DNA of 57,719 nucleotides from IMG/VR virus record IMGVR_UViG_3300037963_001723, positions 1 to 57,719 of that record. The stretch is one strand, 5' to 3'. The position numbers and the translations under genes were made by a program. Under the pieces are notes generated by a model. That model made no database searches, was not told the DNA's origin, and saw nothing but the letters and a program-made list of their open reading frames with translations. Shown here one piece after another: positions 35,863-46,960 of the stretch; position 1 is the stretch's first letter; every line of letters begins with the position of its first letter. This DNA comes from a virus (taxonomy: Duplodnaviria > Caudoviricetes).

Positions 35863-36797
35863 ATCTTGTGCTTAGGATATTTTTTACAGAAGTCACCTTT
35901 TTTGTATGCTTTTATTTCATAACCAGTAAGTTCTTTTTTTACCTCATCCCAGTCTGGTCTATCTTGTGGGTTTTCTTCCCATGCAATTTTTGCTTCAGCA
36001 CCTATCTTACCTTTATACGGACAGGGACTGCCAGCTTGCATCATCGAACGCCACACGCGAGCATCCTCACAAAGTAAGGCAACAGCTGCTACCTTCATCC
36101 CCATGTCATAGAGACCTTTGGAAAGTTTCAGTCTTTCGCAGTTTTCGTCTCGTACACTTCTACCAGTAGATATACCAAAGAATTGTGTCTGAACGGCTGA
36201 TGAAGCGCCTGAAGTGCAAAGGTCTTGAGAATAAGACATTATAGATGGAGCCACCGCTGAAGGTGGAGGGCTCTTAACTCTTTGCGTTACCTTTTGTGAA
36301 CTTTGGCTTGTGGAATTATTCGTGTTCACATTTTGTGAAGTGTTGTTGTTAGTGTTAAAATTTTGGTTATTTGTTGTAACATCGGAACTTGATGTTGAAA
36401 CATTGTTGTTATTGTTTGTCGAAACACTTGTTGAATTGTTGGTGTTTAAGTTGGTATTTTCTGATGTAGAGTTGTTAGTTATCAGTGAGGTGTTGTTAAC
36501 ATTTTGTGTCTGATTAATTGTGCTCGTCACCGTTGATGTGTTTACATTTGTATTGTTCGATGTGGAATTGTTTGTCTGAGAAATTGTCGTGTTGTTGGTG
36601 TTAAAATTGGTATTTGTGCTTGTGCTGGTGCTTTGATTCACATTGGTATTATTGTTGGTATTGGTATTGTTCGAGGTCACTGTGGAGGTCGTAGTGGTCG
36701 TGTTTGTAATATTAGAATCCTCAGCAAAAGCAATTATGCTGACTAAACTAACTGCCGAAATTAATATCGTTATATCTCTTAAATAAGTTCTTATCAT
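35850..36797 (-). CDS. Secreted-type Asn/Thr-rich protein with Cys-rich C-terminal domain
   Basis: Signal-like N-terminus, low-complexity N/T tract, PPPSA.AP...DLC...NCERLKL...MKVAAV...PCP. Confidence 0.7.
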   Translation of the reverse strand: MIRTYLRDITILISAVSLVSIIAFAEDSNITNTTTTTSTVTSNNTNTNNNTNVNQSTSTSTNTNFNTNNTTISQTNNSTSNNTNVNTSTVTSTINQTQNVNNTSLITNNSTSENTNLNTNNSTSVSTNNNNNVSTSSSDVTTNNQNFNTNNNTSQNVNTNNSTSQSSQKVTQRVKSPPPSAVAPSIMSYSQDLCTSGASSAVQTQFFGISTGRSVRDENCERLKLSKGLYDMGMKVAAVALLCEDARVWRSMMQAGSPCPYKGKIGAEAKIAWEENPQDRPDWDEVKKELTGYEIKAYKKGDFCKKYPKHKICSG

Positions 36798-39700
36798 ATT
36801 CCCCAGAGAGGCGAGCCTACCATCTTCTTAATTTTTGGTACTTCCATTAACACTCTATCTCTCTCAAGGTTCATCTGTTCTATTAAAGCTTTTCTGGTAT
36901 CAGAGTCAATAGTTTTATCCCTCATCACAAGATTTCTTCTTTGTCTCCATTTAGAAAGGTATCTTTCTATCCACCTTAATCTGCCTTTTTGTTTATAAAG
37001 GTCTCCATGACTTTGCATTAAAGCTTCTACATCCTCTAATCTTCCTTGCTTTCTAAGCTCATTCATTGTTCCTACTAATCTATCAAGCTCTCCTCTCATT
37101 TGATAAAAATCTTGAACAAGACCACCGCCATATGCTCTATCTCCAATAAATCTTTTTACTACATAAGCATTATGGAAACCCATAGGAATTTGAGGAGTTC
37201 CTGTAGCCATTCTTGAAGCTCTGTCAGTTAAATCTAAAGCATACCCACCAAGAGTTCCGAAATAACCTTTACCAACATGTTCTATTTTCATTGGGGATAT
37301 ATTAAGAGCTGCTCCAAGAGTTCTTGCCCATAGCTGTGTATTATCTGTATATCTTTCTTCAGGAATTCTACTTGATAACATCCAGTAAGGAACAATCTCT
37401 CTACCAGTGTAATCACTTCTATTATTAAAAGCTTCTTGTAATGGAGCCCAAATTTGCCAGTTAAATGGATTAACTTTAAATGTTGTTTCAGCTTGTCTCC
37501 ATGTAGCTTGAGCAAAATCATTAATATTATCGTCACCTAAAAATAGATTAAAGAATCTTTCTGGTAATACTTTTGTTAATACCCCTACTTCAAAAGGTAT
37601 TGGTATTTTAAAGCTGTATCTATCCCCTAAAGGTATAATGTAATTATCATCTCTTATTTCTTTTTTAGAATTTAACTCTTTATATTCTTCACTGTCACTT
37701 ACAAATAACCAATACAATGCTGTGACACCAATAAGAAGAGCTATTCTGTTAAGAAATCTTCTAGCTGCTGCACTGCTAATTTGTTTTTTACCTTCTTCTG
37801 TTAATGTGTCCATAACATTAGCAGAGTACCTACCAGCTCCAGCTCTATAAAGAACATCAAGACCTTGTATTCTGGCATTTAAAAATGGAATAGCTGTAGT
37901 TAATACTTTAAATAATGGGTCTCCACCTCTTCTGTTAAAGTTAATTATCTCTAACGCTTGAAAAGCAGCTTCTATTTGATTGCCTGTTTTTTTCAATACA
38001 TCTTGATAAACTGCTTGTCTAGTTGCAGCATCAGATTTTGTTGTAACTCTACCTAAAGCATCCCATATTCTTACTACTGCATTTTCAGTATCAAGACCTC
38101 CGTTTTTATCTCTACCCATTCTCCTCATTTCTTTATTAATAAACTTCATAAAGTCTTTTGGATCACCAGCTAAATCGTAACCACCAACAACTCCAAGCGC
38201 CTCAAGCTCAGATATTTCAGAAAAGAATCCATTAATAGTACTTATAAATGGTTTTATATCAGCACCAGATGTAGTGTATGCTGATAAAGTATCTCTCATC
38301 ATATTCACCATAATAAACCCAGGGTCTCTTGTTACCATTTCTCTTAATACAGAAGAAGGAGCTCCAACAAATCTTAAAAATCCTTTTAATATTGGTTCTC
38401 CCATAGTTTCTAAAGAATAAAGAATAGCTGGGTCATCTATGTAGTATATATGTTCCTCGCCATTTCTTTTAACTGATATAAGTTGACTTGAATCTATAGG
38501 GATATTTGTTCCATCTACATCAATGCCTTGTTCTAATTTTCTCTTTAAAGATGTTGAGTCTTTTTTAGGGCCTAAATCTATAACTAAATTTTCTATATTA
38601 TTAGGTGAAGTTACACCTTCTGGTTTTAATTCTTTAGTAAATTCTAAATCATCAACTATTCTTTGCCTTGCAACATTTTTAGCAGCAGCTGTAGCTAAAG
38701 ATAAATGATTTAATACCATTGCTTCTAAAGGATTTTGAAAATCACCGCCTATATTTTCTGGGTCAACCTTTTGATCAAACACACTAAACTGTCTGTTCAT
38801 TTCATCAGTATTAAATATTCCGTAACCAGGGGTATCTATATTTTCATGCTCTCTGTAGAAAGGATAGAAAGAAGAAAGCTCAGTAAATATAGCTGCTTTT
38901 TCATCTGTTATTAAACCAGTCTTTCTTGCAAGTTCAATCATTGAGTCATTAATAGCATCATATATTTCAGCAGCTCTTATTAGTTGAGGATATTTATTAG
39001 TAAGTTGACTAAAATAATCATCATTTAAAAAATCTTTTAATTTACCAGTTGCTTCTAGTTGTTTAAATAACTCTGATCCTTCAAACATTTCATTAGCTTG
39101 TAATGACCTTATTCTTCTCCATATCATGTAGTTACCAAAATGTTCATCAAGAAGTATTTCTTTTCCTTCTGCATTTTTTGTATGAAGTAAAGCCATAAGC
39201 TCTTTCATATCTACTAAACTGCCGTCTTCTAAATATTTTGGAACTCTTTTTATTGTTCCTGATGTGTAATCATTAGCAGGTAATACTCCACCTTTTCCAT
39301 CTGATTTAACAAACTCTAAAACCCCACCTTGTTTAATATATGCTGAAACATGACCTCTTGCTCTGTCTGCAAATGTTAAAGCTCCTATAGCGTTAGCATC
39401 GTGCATTATTCTTCTATCAGCTTCATCCATATTTATTTGCTTGGCTTTACCTATTGTTTTTGCCCAAACTTTTCTAAAAGCATCATGTCTATCAACTATT
39501 TTTTGTCTTAATGTTGTAAAAGTTTTTTCATTAAAGAAATTTTCTCCTGGGTCTGCATTTTTACCTCTCATAAACTGGAAAGGTAAGGTAAGAGTATTTA
39601 ATAGTTTTCTTGCAAAAGGTACTGTTTGATCTTCAGCAAATTTTATTGGTTTAAAACCAGTGCCAAAGTCATCAAACTCATCTCTAGTTCTTTGTCTACT

Positions 39701-42700
39701 AGCTTTATAATCATCATCTATAATTTCATCATATTTAAAACTAAAATCATTATCTGAATTTAATTGTTTACCAGCAGAATCTATAGAAGTAGGTAGTGCG
39801 TTTCTTAAATTATACGGAGGTATACCGCCTGGCCATTGAATTTCATTAGATTCTTCTAAATCTATTTTATATTGTTCAGTACTTTCTGTTGATTTTTCTG
39901 TGTATAAAGCAGAATTAGGTTTGTCTACTTGTGAAAATCCTTGAGGAGGTGGTACTAATCCTTCTTCTTCGTAGAATTGGTTAAGGACTCTGGAGATCGG
40001 TTCAAAAAGCGTATTGTTGGCTGCTGTTTGTATATTGGGTGATTTGGAGACACTACTGAAGCGTTGGATTCCTTCAAAGCCATCTCTATAATCTCCCTCT
40101 TCGTAAGCATAATAATCTCCATCTGTAAAAAAGTTGTCTAATATTACAGGAGTTTGCAGTATTCTTGCAAGTTCTTTTTCTATATGGTCTTTAAATGTAT
40201 TTACTCTGTTGTATATTACCTCCTGTGGAACATCTTCAACTTTGTAAGACAATAATGTATCATCTATAAAGTAAACACTGTTATCCTCTGGTATTACATT
40301 AAAAGTAAATCCTAATGCTTGACCGTCAAGATCGTTCATTCCTTTAGTTATTGCTTCTGCGTCTTGTCTAGTAAATGGTTCATTATTTTCTTTTCTAACT
40401 ATTACACCAGTATTATCTCCACCATAATCTGGTTGTATTGTAACAACCGCATCTTGATGTAATGCAGAGGCAAGAATTTTAGCTATTGATTCAACCTCTC
40501 CTTCTGATCCTTTTTTACCAACTTTCATTCCTGGTAAAGTTACAAGATATGTTGGTTCTGCTACAGCTCCCCACCCACCATATGTTTTTTGTATTTCGTG
40601 AGGTATGCCTAAATCTTTTAAGAATTTTATTTGCGGTCTTCCGTTGCTTTCAATTGTTATAGCATTAAATATTTCATCAGATAATTTTTCCCACTGAGAT
40701 AACTCTAAGTCACCTTCGTATATATTAGAACCTAATTTAGGAGATACAGCTATTTGTGGAGCAACTGCTCTTTGTAAATAATAAAGAGGGTCTGCTCCTG
40801 CATCCCAACTTAAAAAATCTTGCCTGCCTTTATATAAAATATCTGATATATCTTGTAGACCTATATCTAATGATTGATCTGTATTAAACAATCCTTTTTC
40901 CATTAATTCTTTTGATTTTTTAACAGCAGGAGCAACTAAAGAATCTTGTAATAAAGATTCTATATCTGCCTCACCATATTGATCTTCATTACTTCTTTGG
41001 TCAAACCATATTAATGCTTGTATTTCATCTGGAGCAAATGTCTGAAACTTTTTACCTCCTCTCGTATCATTAACTTCATATCTTTTTGTTGATAAAACTG
41101 TATTAATAAATTGAAGAACACCTTGTTCATTAGTGTTAAACATTGGTTGTCTTCTTTTGCCTTCTTTATCAAGAGGAGTAACACCATACGCATTACCCAT
41201 ATGAGTGTCCATTACTCCAAACGGAAAATATTCTCCTTGAGATGTTAAAAATAAACTTCTTACATATGTAGGTGTTTTAGCTGATGTAAGAGCTTTAACA
41301 TCCCACTCACCATTAACATATGTTCTTGCAATAGACCTCGCTTCTTTTTCAGATATATTATATTTCCTAATTAATTCATGTAAATTAGTTGTTAAGCTTT
41401 CTACAGAATAGGTTTGACCACTTGCTAAAATTTGCCTAACTCTATTCATAACTTCTAAAGTAGCTCTTAAATTTTTGTTTGGTGGATTTTGAGCTGATGT
41501 AATACCAAACACTACAGAAAACTCAACCATGTTTGGTCTTCCTACTAATGCTTCTATTGATCTTCCTAATTTTCTATACCAGTCGTAATCATTACCTTCA
41601 TTAAAGCTTCTTGTAACTCTTTCCATTAAACTTCCAACAGATGGAACATTAATTCCTTCTGGCATAGTTAATCCAAGTGCTTCATAAGCTTGTTCTACTT
41701 GCGCTTGTCCAAAACTATTCTCATTGCCATTAGCTCTCATTTCTTCGTATATTTTAATAAGTTCTTGAGCAACCTTATCTTCTGACATTAAAGGATATCC
41801 TTGCCCTGTATTGTTTAAATACTCATAAGCAGCTCCTTGCGGACCTGGAACTTTAGGCATAGTTATTCTGCTAAAGAAAAGACCTTGTGGTAATTCTGTT
41901 TGTAATTCTGTATCAATTAAACTTCTTGTAGCTAACTCAAAACCTCTACCAGCTTCAAATGGTCTATCTTCTTCTTCAGAATCATCAAGTGCTCCTACCG
42001 CTTCTTCTCCTGTTTCAACAGCTATATCTCTACCGCCTATTTCACCAGCTTGTAATCTTGTTGCTATAGTTGCAAAAACCTCTACAGAAGGTAAGTCAGA
42101 TTGTTTTAAACCTTTAATTAAATTTTGGAAGAAGTCTAATATTCTTTGCATTACACTTCTTGGTTGACCTGATAAAAGTTTAGCGTCTTTAGACCAAGCC
42201 CTATACAGTTCTGCTACAGCTTCTTCTTCTTGAACTGGTATAGACCTATCTCCATACATTTTTCTAGCTCTGTCATAAAATGTTTCGTTGTTTTGAAAAG
42301 CTACTGAATCCGTTGCCTCTGGAACTAATATTCTTTTTGACGAATTAACAAGATTTTCCCATTCTTTGTTTGTAAATAAATCTAAATTTTTTAAAGCATG
42401 AACAACTTCGTGATTTAAAACTTGTTCTAATCTTGCTTTTATCTCTCCCTCACTTAAATTTAAATCAGGATCAACTGCTTCAATATTTAAAAATATAGTA
42501 TTTAACGGAGCATAATAAGCTCCTTCATCTTTTCCTAATTCTCCAACTTTCTTTTGTTTGCTTTTACTTCTTATTATTGGGGAAAGGGCAACTCTTACAT
42601 CATGTTTTTTATCAATTAATTTACTTAGGCTTTTTTCAATATCTTTTCCTATTTTATCAGCCATTCTTTCTCTATTAAAAATTTCATCTGTAGAACGATT

Positions 42701-45103
42701 AATACTAGTTAAAGGTACCTCACCTCTCATATTTCCAGCTACAAGTCTTTCTTTTAAATTAGCTTCTTGAACATCAGACAATCCTCTTTTATTTACAGTT
42801 CCTTTTCTTTTGCCTTCAGAGTTAACTAAATTGTTTACCTCTTCACGAGTAAACATATTTTGATTACCTATCTTGTAATTAGAAAGTCTTTGAGCGTATT
42901 CTTGTGGGGTTTCCATAAAGGAAGTTCCGTTTTCATAAGAATATTTTTTAAACCAATCTTCATTTATAACTGGTTGATTATTTTTTGTTTTTAAACTTCC
43001 ATCAAAGAAAATATATTTATTACCTTTTTTAGTTAATCTTTTACTAGACAATAACCTGTTTATTAATTGAGTTGCTTCTGCTCCTTTTAAACCAGAGTAT
43101 TCTGATATTTGTTTTCTTGTATATTCTATTGGATTATTAGGATCAGTTTGTTCTTCTCTTACTTTGTTTAATAAATTATCTAATGGCCTTCTATCAAATC
43201 TTTGAGATTGTTCTTGAGATTTTTCTAAAACATTAGAAACATCAATCATAGGACTTGGCGTTCTTTGTTTTGGAATGTCAGCTAATCTTACAACTAATAG
43301 TTCTTTTTGACCTTTAGTCATTTCAGTTAATTTTTTAGCGCCAGTAACTTTTAATGCATATGCTTGAAATTCTTTAGAATTTACTTTTGATGTTATATTT
43401 TTTGAGTTAAGAATTTTTTGAACATTGTTTACAGTTATGTTACCACTTTTAGTTCTTGCTCTTTTTAAAGCTCCCTTACCTTGCTTTTTATTAGAAAACT
43501 CAGCTCTTCTAGCAAAAAAATCACTTATAGATTGTTTATTTGGTAACAATCTATATTTAATAGCTTCTTCAAAAGTAAATGGAATATTTCGTTCTAATTT
43601 ATTTTTTACTTCTTTATTTTTAATTTTAGAAATTCTTGATCTTAATTTATTGTTTAAAGCTAATCTGTATTCTTTATTAGGAACTTCATCTTTTCCTAAT
43701 CCATATAAATCTTGAGCTAATTCTGTTTTGCTTATTGAAGAATATTCTGGAGCAGATGTTTGTATTAATATTGTTTGCGCTGATGAATTACCTTCCACTC
43801 CTAATTCATAAGCATCTTTACTTGTTTGAGCCATTTTTTTAGCATCACTAACAGCTCTTATTAATTTATTAGCATTTATATTTGCTTGTTCTTCTGTGTT
43901 ATAAGTTCCTAATATTCTGCTGTTATCATTTAAATCTACAATATCAAAAAGACCAGAACTTTTATCTTCTACTACTGATGGTTGAAAGTTAACAATGTTT
44001 TGATCGTAAACCTTATGTTGATTTTTTAATTTTTTTACACCAATTCTTTCTTGTTCTTCAGCTAAAATATTTTGTTCTTCTGTGGAATTTATTTCTACTT
44101 CTGATAATGGTATAGCTTTACCTTCATCATCAAATCCCATTCTATATCTACTTCTTGGTAACATAGTTTCAGAAAGTAAATCTACAGTAGCACCCACAGC
44201 ACCACCAACAGTAAACTCATCAAATATACTTTCTCCAATATCTAATGTAGGATCATACAATCCTTTTGCTACTGCTCTTTGTAATAAACCAGCACCAGCT
44301 TCTTGAATACCTTCTGCTAAAGCCTGAGCCCCAACAGAACCAGCTAAGTAAGCTCTTCTTTGTGAACCTAATAATTGACTTAAAGCATCATCAACTAAAA
44401 CTTTACCTTCAGCTGTTTTAGGTATCTTTCTAAATAATCTCCAAAGAGGAGCTAATTCTGTTAAACCTATTGCTCCGCCAGATAACTTAGAAAGAAACTG
44501 TTCCCCACCACTTATTTCAATACCTTTTTCTCTAGCTCTTTCTCTATAATCTAATTGTTCAGAAGCTCCCATACCTACTGCTAAAGGAACTGTTGATATA
44601 GGTATGCCATATTTACTGTATTTTAATGCGTTAGAAGCGATATTTGCTGTCTGACCAACCCTACTAGCAGCTCCTAAACCTGATCCTATGGCGCTTAAAC
44701 CGCCTGATAAGACCATTGGAGCAAAGAAAGAGCCAACATTACCTATACCAGTACCAAATTTAACCGCCCAAGAATCTTCATATCCTTCTCCTATAGAATC
44801 ATTCCAACTATCTGTCCAATCTTGTACAGCATCAAGCATAGGATTATCGTCATCCATACCTCCTAAACTTAAAAGGCCTTCTGCGGTCATTCCTAAACCT
44901 TGCATAAAACCTCTAGGAACAGCTTTTATTGTTTCTTTTACAGTTCCAAATACTGTTGTATTTTCTTGAGAGTCAAAACCTTCTCCAAACTCTTCTGGAA
45001 AATCTTCAGCTAACATTGTATCTAATTGAGATTGTTGTTCCTGACTCATATTGTCAGGTAACTCTAATGTTCTACCGTCTGGAAGTCTTACATACTCAGG
45101 CAT
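36794..45103 (-). CDS. Giant ejection / large polyvalent protein (2769 aa) with LPD38-like C-terminus
   Basis: HEVVH zincin-like motif; C-terminal PFLNARIQG and KIPIPFEVG; last of the ejection-type genes. Confidence 0.75.
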   Translation of the reverse strand: MPEYVRLPDGRTLELPDNMSQEQQSQLDTMLAEDFPEEFGEGFDSQENTTVFGTVKETIKAVPRGFMQGLGMTAEGLLSLGGMDDDNPMLDAVQDWTDSWNDSIGEGYEDSWAVKFGTGIGNVGSFFAPMVLSGGLSAIGSGLGAASRVGQTANIASNALKYSKYGIPISTVPLAVGMGASEQLDYRERAREKGIEISGGEQFLSKLSGGAIGLTELAPLWRLFRKIPKTAEGKVLVDDALSQLLGSQRRAYLAGSVGAQALAEGIQEAGAGLLQRAVAKGLYDPTLDIGESIFDEFTVGGAVGATVDLLSETMLPRSRYRMGFDDEGKAIPLSEVEINSTEEQNILAEEQERIGVKKLKNQHKVYDQNIVNFQPSVVEDKSSGLFDIVDLNDNSRILGTYNTEEQANINANKLIRAVSDAKKMAQTSKDAYELGVEGNSSAQTILIQTSAPEYSSISKTELAQDLYGLGKDEVPNKEYRLALNNKLRSRISKIKNKEVKNKLERNIPFTFEEAIKYRLLPNKQSISDFFARRAEFSNKKQGKGALKRARTKSGNITVNNVQKILNSKNITSKVNSKEFQAYALKVTGAKKLTEMTKGQKELLVVRLADIPKQRTPSPMIDVSNVLEKSQEQSQRFDRRPLDNLLNKVREEQTDPNNPIEYTRKQISEYSGLKGAEATQLINRLLSSKRLTKKGNKYIFFDGSLKTKNNQPVINEDWFKKYSYENGTSFMETPQEYAQRLSNYKIGNQNMFTREEVNNLVNSEGKRKGTVNKRGLSDVQEANLKERLVAGNMRGEVPLTSINRSTDEIFNRERMADKIGKDIEKSLSKLIDKKHDVRVALSPIIRSKSKQKKVGELGKDEGAYYAPLNTIFLNIEAVDPDLNLSEGEIKARLEQVLNHEVVHALKNLDLFTNKEWENLVNSSKRILVPEATDSVAFQNNETFYDRARKMYGDRSIPVQEEEAVAELYRAWSKDAKLLSGQPRSVMQRILDFFQNLIKGLKQSDLPSVEVFATIATRLQAGEIGGRDIAVETGEEAVGALDDSEEEDRPFEAGRGFELATRSLIDTELQTELPQGLFFSRITMPKVPGPQGAAYEYLNNTGQGYPLMSEDKVAQELIKIYEEMRANGNENSFGQAQVEQAYEALGLTMPEGINVPSVGSLMERVTRSFNEGNDYDWYRKLGRSIEALVGRPNMVEFSVVFGITSAQNPPNKNLRATLEVMNRVRQILASGQTYSVESLTTNLHELIRKYNISEKEARSIARTYVNGEWDVKALTSAKTPTYVRSLFLTSQGEYFPFGVMDTHMGNAYGVTPLDKEGKRRQPMFNTNEQGVLQFINTVLSTKRYEVNDTRGGKKFQTFAPDEIQALIWFDQRSNEDQYGEADIESLLQDSLVAPAVKKSKELMEKGLFNTDQSLDIGLQDISDILYKGRQDFLSWDAGADPLYYLQRAVAPQIAVSPKLGSNIYEGDLELSQWEKLSDEIFNAITIESNGRPQIKFLKDLGIPHEIQKTYGGWGAVAEPTYLVTLPGMKVGKKGSEGEVESIAKILASALHQDAVVTIQPDYGGDNTGVIVRKENNEPFTRQDAEAITKGMNDLDGQALGFTFNVIPEDNSVYFIDDTLLSYKVEDVPQEVIYNRVNTFKDHIEKELARILQTPVILDNFFTDGDYYAYEEGDYRDGFEGIQRFSSVSKSPNIQTAANNTLFEPISRVLNQFYEEEGLVPPPQGFSQVDKPNSALYTEKSTESTEQYKIDLEESNEIQWPGGIPPYNLRNALPTSIDSAGKQLNSDNDFSFKYDEIIDDDYKASRQRTRDEFDDFGTGFKPIKFAEDQTVPFARKLLNTLTLPFQFMRGKNADPGENFFNEKTFTTLRQKIVDRHDAFRKVWAKTIGKAKQINMDEADRRIMHDANAIGALTFADRARGHVSAYIKQGGVLEFVKSDGKGGVLPANDYTSGTIKRVPKYLEDGSLVDMKELMALLHTKNAEGKEILLDEHFGNYMIWRRIRSLQANEMFEGSELFKQLEATGKLKDFLNDDYFSQLTNKYPQLIRAAEIYDAINDSMIELARKTGLITDEKAAIFTELSSFYPFYREHENIDTPGYGIFNTDEMNRQFSVFDQKVDPENIGGDFQNPLEAMVLNHLSLATAAAKNVARQRIVDDLEFTKELKPEGVTSPNNIENLVIDLGPKKDSTSLKRKLEQGIDVDGTNIPIDSSQLISVKRNGEEHIYYIDDPAILYSLETMGEPILKGFLRFVGAPSSVLREMVTRDPGFIMVNMMRDTLSAYTTSGADIKPFISTINGFFSEISELEALGVVGGYDLAGDPKDFMKFINKEMRRMGRDKNGGLDTENAVVRIWDALGRVTTKSDAATRQAVYQDVLKKTGNQIEAAFQALEIINFNRRGGDPLFKVLTTAIPFLNARIQGLDVLYRAGAGRYSANVMDTLTEEGKKQISSAAARRFLNRIALLIGVTALYWLFVSDSEEYKELNSKKEIRDDNYIIPLGDRYSFKIPIPFEVGVLTKVLPERFFNLFLGDDNINDFAQATWRQAETTFKVNPFNWQIWAPLQEAFNNRSDYTGREIVPYWMLSSRIPEERYTDNTQLWARTLGAALNISPMKIEHVGKGYFGTLGGYALDLTDRASRMATGTPQIPMGFHNAYVVKRFIGDRAYGGGLVQDFYQMRGELDRLVGTMNELRKQGRLEDVEALMQSHGDLYKQKGRLRWIERYLSKWRQRRNLVMRDKTIDSDTRKALIEQMNLERDRVLMEVPKIKKMVGSPLWGI

Positions 45104-46960
45104 TTAATTGCCTTTTCTGTTTTCTTTATACTCTTGATATGTTTGCACGCCAATATTAGAAGTGCCTAATGACGCATCAATTAGTAAATTAAGATCAGCT
45201 ATCTTTTTTAGAATAACCTCTCTTTCTTTCTCACTTATAGGTTGTTCTAATTGTTTTTGCAAAGTTTCTACCTGACCTTGTAATAAAGTAAGTTTATCTT
45301 TTTTACTTAATGTTCCTAATTTTTGTTGATTAGCCATTAAATTTAAAATACCCATTTTATCTTTTGAAGCTTGTCTATCTTCAGCTACTAACATTTTCTG
45401 TATTCCTGGGAAACCTTTAGCTATATCACCAGGTTGAGTTGCTTGAGAAATAGCACTACCTAAACCAAGTAATAAAGATGTTGTTTTGTTTCTTTGTCTT
45501 TCTTCTGCGCTAGGTAATCCTAATATTCCAGCATATCTTTCTACTTCACTAGCTAACATATCTGGAGTATTTTCTAATTCATCTATTTCAGTTTGTGTAT
45601 CTTCTTTTGGTTGTACTTCTTCAACAACTTTATCATCAGTGCCTACAAAATCACTTACAATAGTTTGACCTTCTTCAGTTTCAAAAGGAACTCTTTCAGC
45701 TTTTCTTTTAATTCTTTTATTAATTCTATCTAAATTAGATTGAGTTTTTTCTATTTCAAGATCTAAAAACTCTAACGCTCTACTATCTCTAAATGTAAGT
45801 TTAGAAGCATCTCCTCCAACTCTTTCTAATATTTCTTTTTCTTTTTGTAATCTTTGATTTTTTAATGTTTCTAGTCCAGCACTGTAATAGTCTAATACTG
45901 CATCATCACCTTCACTAGTAATTTGAGGAGGAACAGCTCTCATAGTATTAAATCTACCTCCTTGATTAAATCTAGCAATACCACCTGTCTTATAACGATT
46001 TTCATTTGTTGTAATATCCATAGTATCAATACCTGCTGCAATATCTAATATTGTTTCATAATCAGCGTCAGGGTACATTTCTCTAGCTTTTGCTATTTCT
46101 TCCCTAGTGGGTTTTGGGATTGAGGTATCTAAACTAGTTAAACCACCTTCGTTATATAATTTAGATTTAACTCCGTCTTTTTTTAGTCTATCTTTATACT
46201 TATCATACTTACCAGAAAAATTTTCAAGTTCAAATTGATAGCTATCTTCGTGAACTAATTCAGGATAACCTCTTGCTAAATTTATTGAATCTTTTTTAGA
46301 AGTGCCTTCAATACCATCAAAAGTGTTTAAAAATAAATCAGGAATATTCATTATCATTCCTATAGTATTATCAACTGCTTCATTTCCTGTATCAGTAACT
46401 GGCGTAAATATATTTCTAAAAGCACTTGGAAGTTCTTTTTTAGAATCTACATTTAAATAATCAGCAAATTTTTTACCTAATTCTGTTCTTGTATCATAAT
46501 CTACAATATTTCCATCATCATCATATATAGGTGGATAATCTTCACGCTGTGTAAAACCTTCTCTTGGAATACCAAGCATTTCTCTAATATCTCCTAATCC
46601 ACCTTCATTATACCTAACAGCTCCTCCATCTGCCATCATTTGAGGGCCAGCTTGAGCAATTCCCCCTGCTGGATTAACCTGGTTTGAGAGAGATGAGGAG
46701 GGACCAAGTGTATTAATGCCAGCAGGAGGTTCGCTTGCAGATTCATTAACTAAATCTTGAGCGACAGTAGTGTCACCAACCATTGACGCTTTTTCAGCGT
46801 CATAAGCCTGCTTATAACGGTTTCTTCTTTCTAACTCTGTTAAAACAAGATACTGAGGAAAAAGACCATCTGGTTGTTGTGCCATTTGTACTAATCTTTG
46901 CATAGGAACATTTTCAAGTTCGTATTGTTGTTCAACTAAATTTTGTCCTAAATTTGCCAT
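45104..46960 (-). CDS. Putative internal virion/ejection protein
   Basis: 618 aa, repeated [YFM]xxGG motifs, helical C-terminus. Confidence 0.6.
   Translation of the reverse strand: MANLGQNLVEQQYELENVPMQRLVQMAQQPDGLFPQYLVLTELERRNRYKQAYDAEKASMVGDTTVAQDLVNESASEPPAGINTLGPSSSLSNQVNPAGGIAQAGPQMMADGGAVRYNEGGLGDIREMLGIPREGFTQREDYPPIYDDDGNIVDYDTRTELGKKFADYLNVDSKKELPSAFRNIFTPVTDTGNEAVDNTIGMIMNIPDLFLNTFDGIEGTSKKDSINLARGYPELVHEDSYQFELENFSGKYDKYKDRLKKDGVKSKLYNEGGLTSLDTSIPKPTREEIAKAREMYPDADYETILDIAAGIDTMDITTNENRYKTGGIARFNQGGRFNTMRAVPPQITSEGDDAVLDYYSAGLETLKNQRLQKEKEILERVGGDASKLTFRDSRALEFLDLEIEKTQSNLDRINKRIKRKAERVPFETEEGQTIVSDFVGTDDKVVEEVQPKEDTQTEIDELENTPDMLASEVERYAGILGLPSAEERQRNKTTSLLLGLGSAISQATQPGDIAKGFPGIQKMLVAEDRQASKDKMGILNLMANQQKLGTLSKKDKLTLLQGQVETLQKQLEQPISEKEREVILKKIADLNLLIDASLGTSNIGVQTYQEYKENRKGN

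Noticed and set aside
36290-36720. Possible non-coding repeat array
   Set aside because: It is a low-complexity Asn/Thr coding tract inside an intact ORF, with no fixed period.
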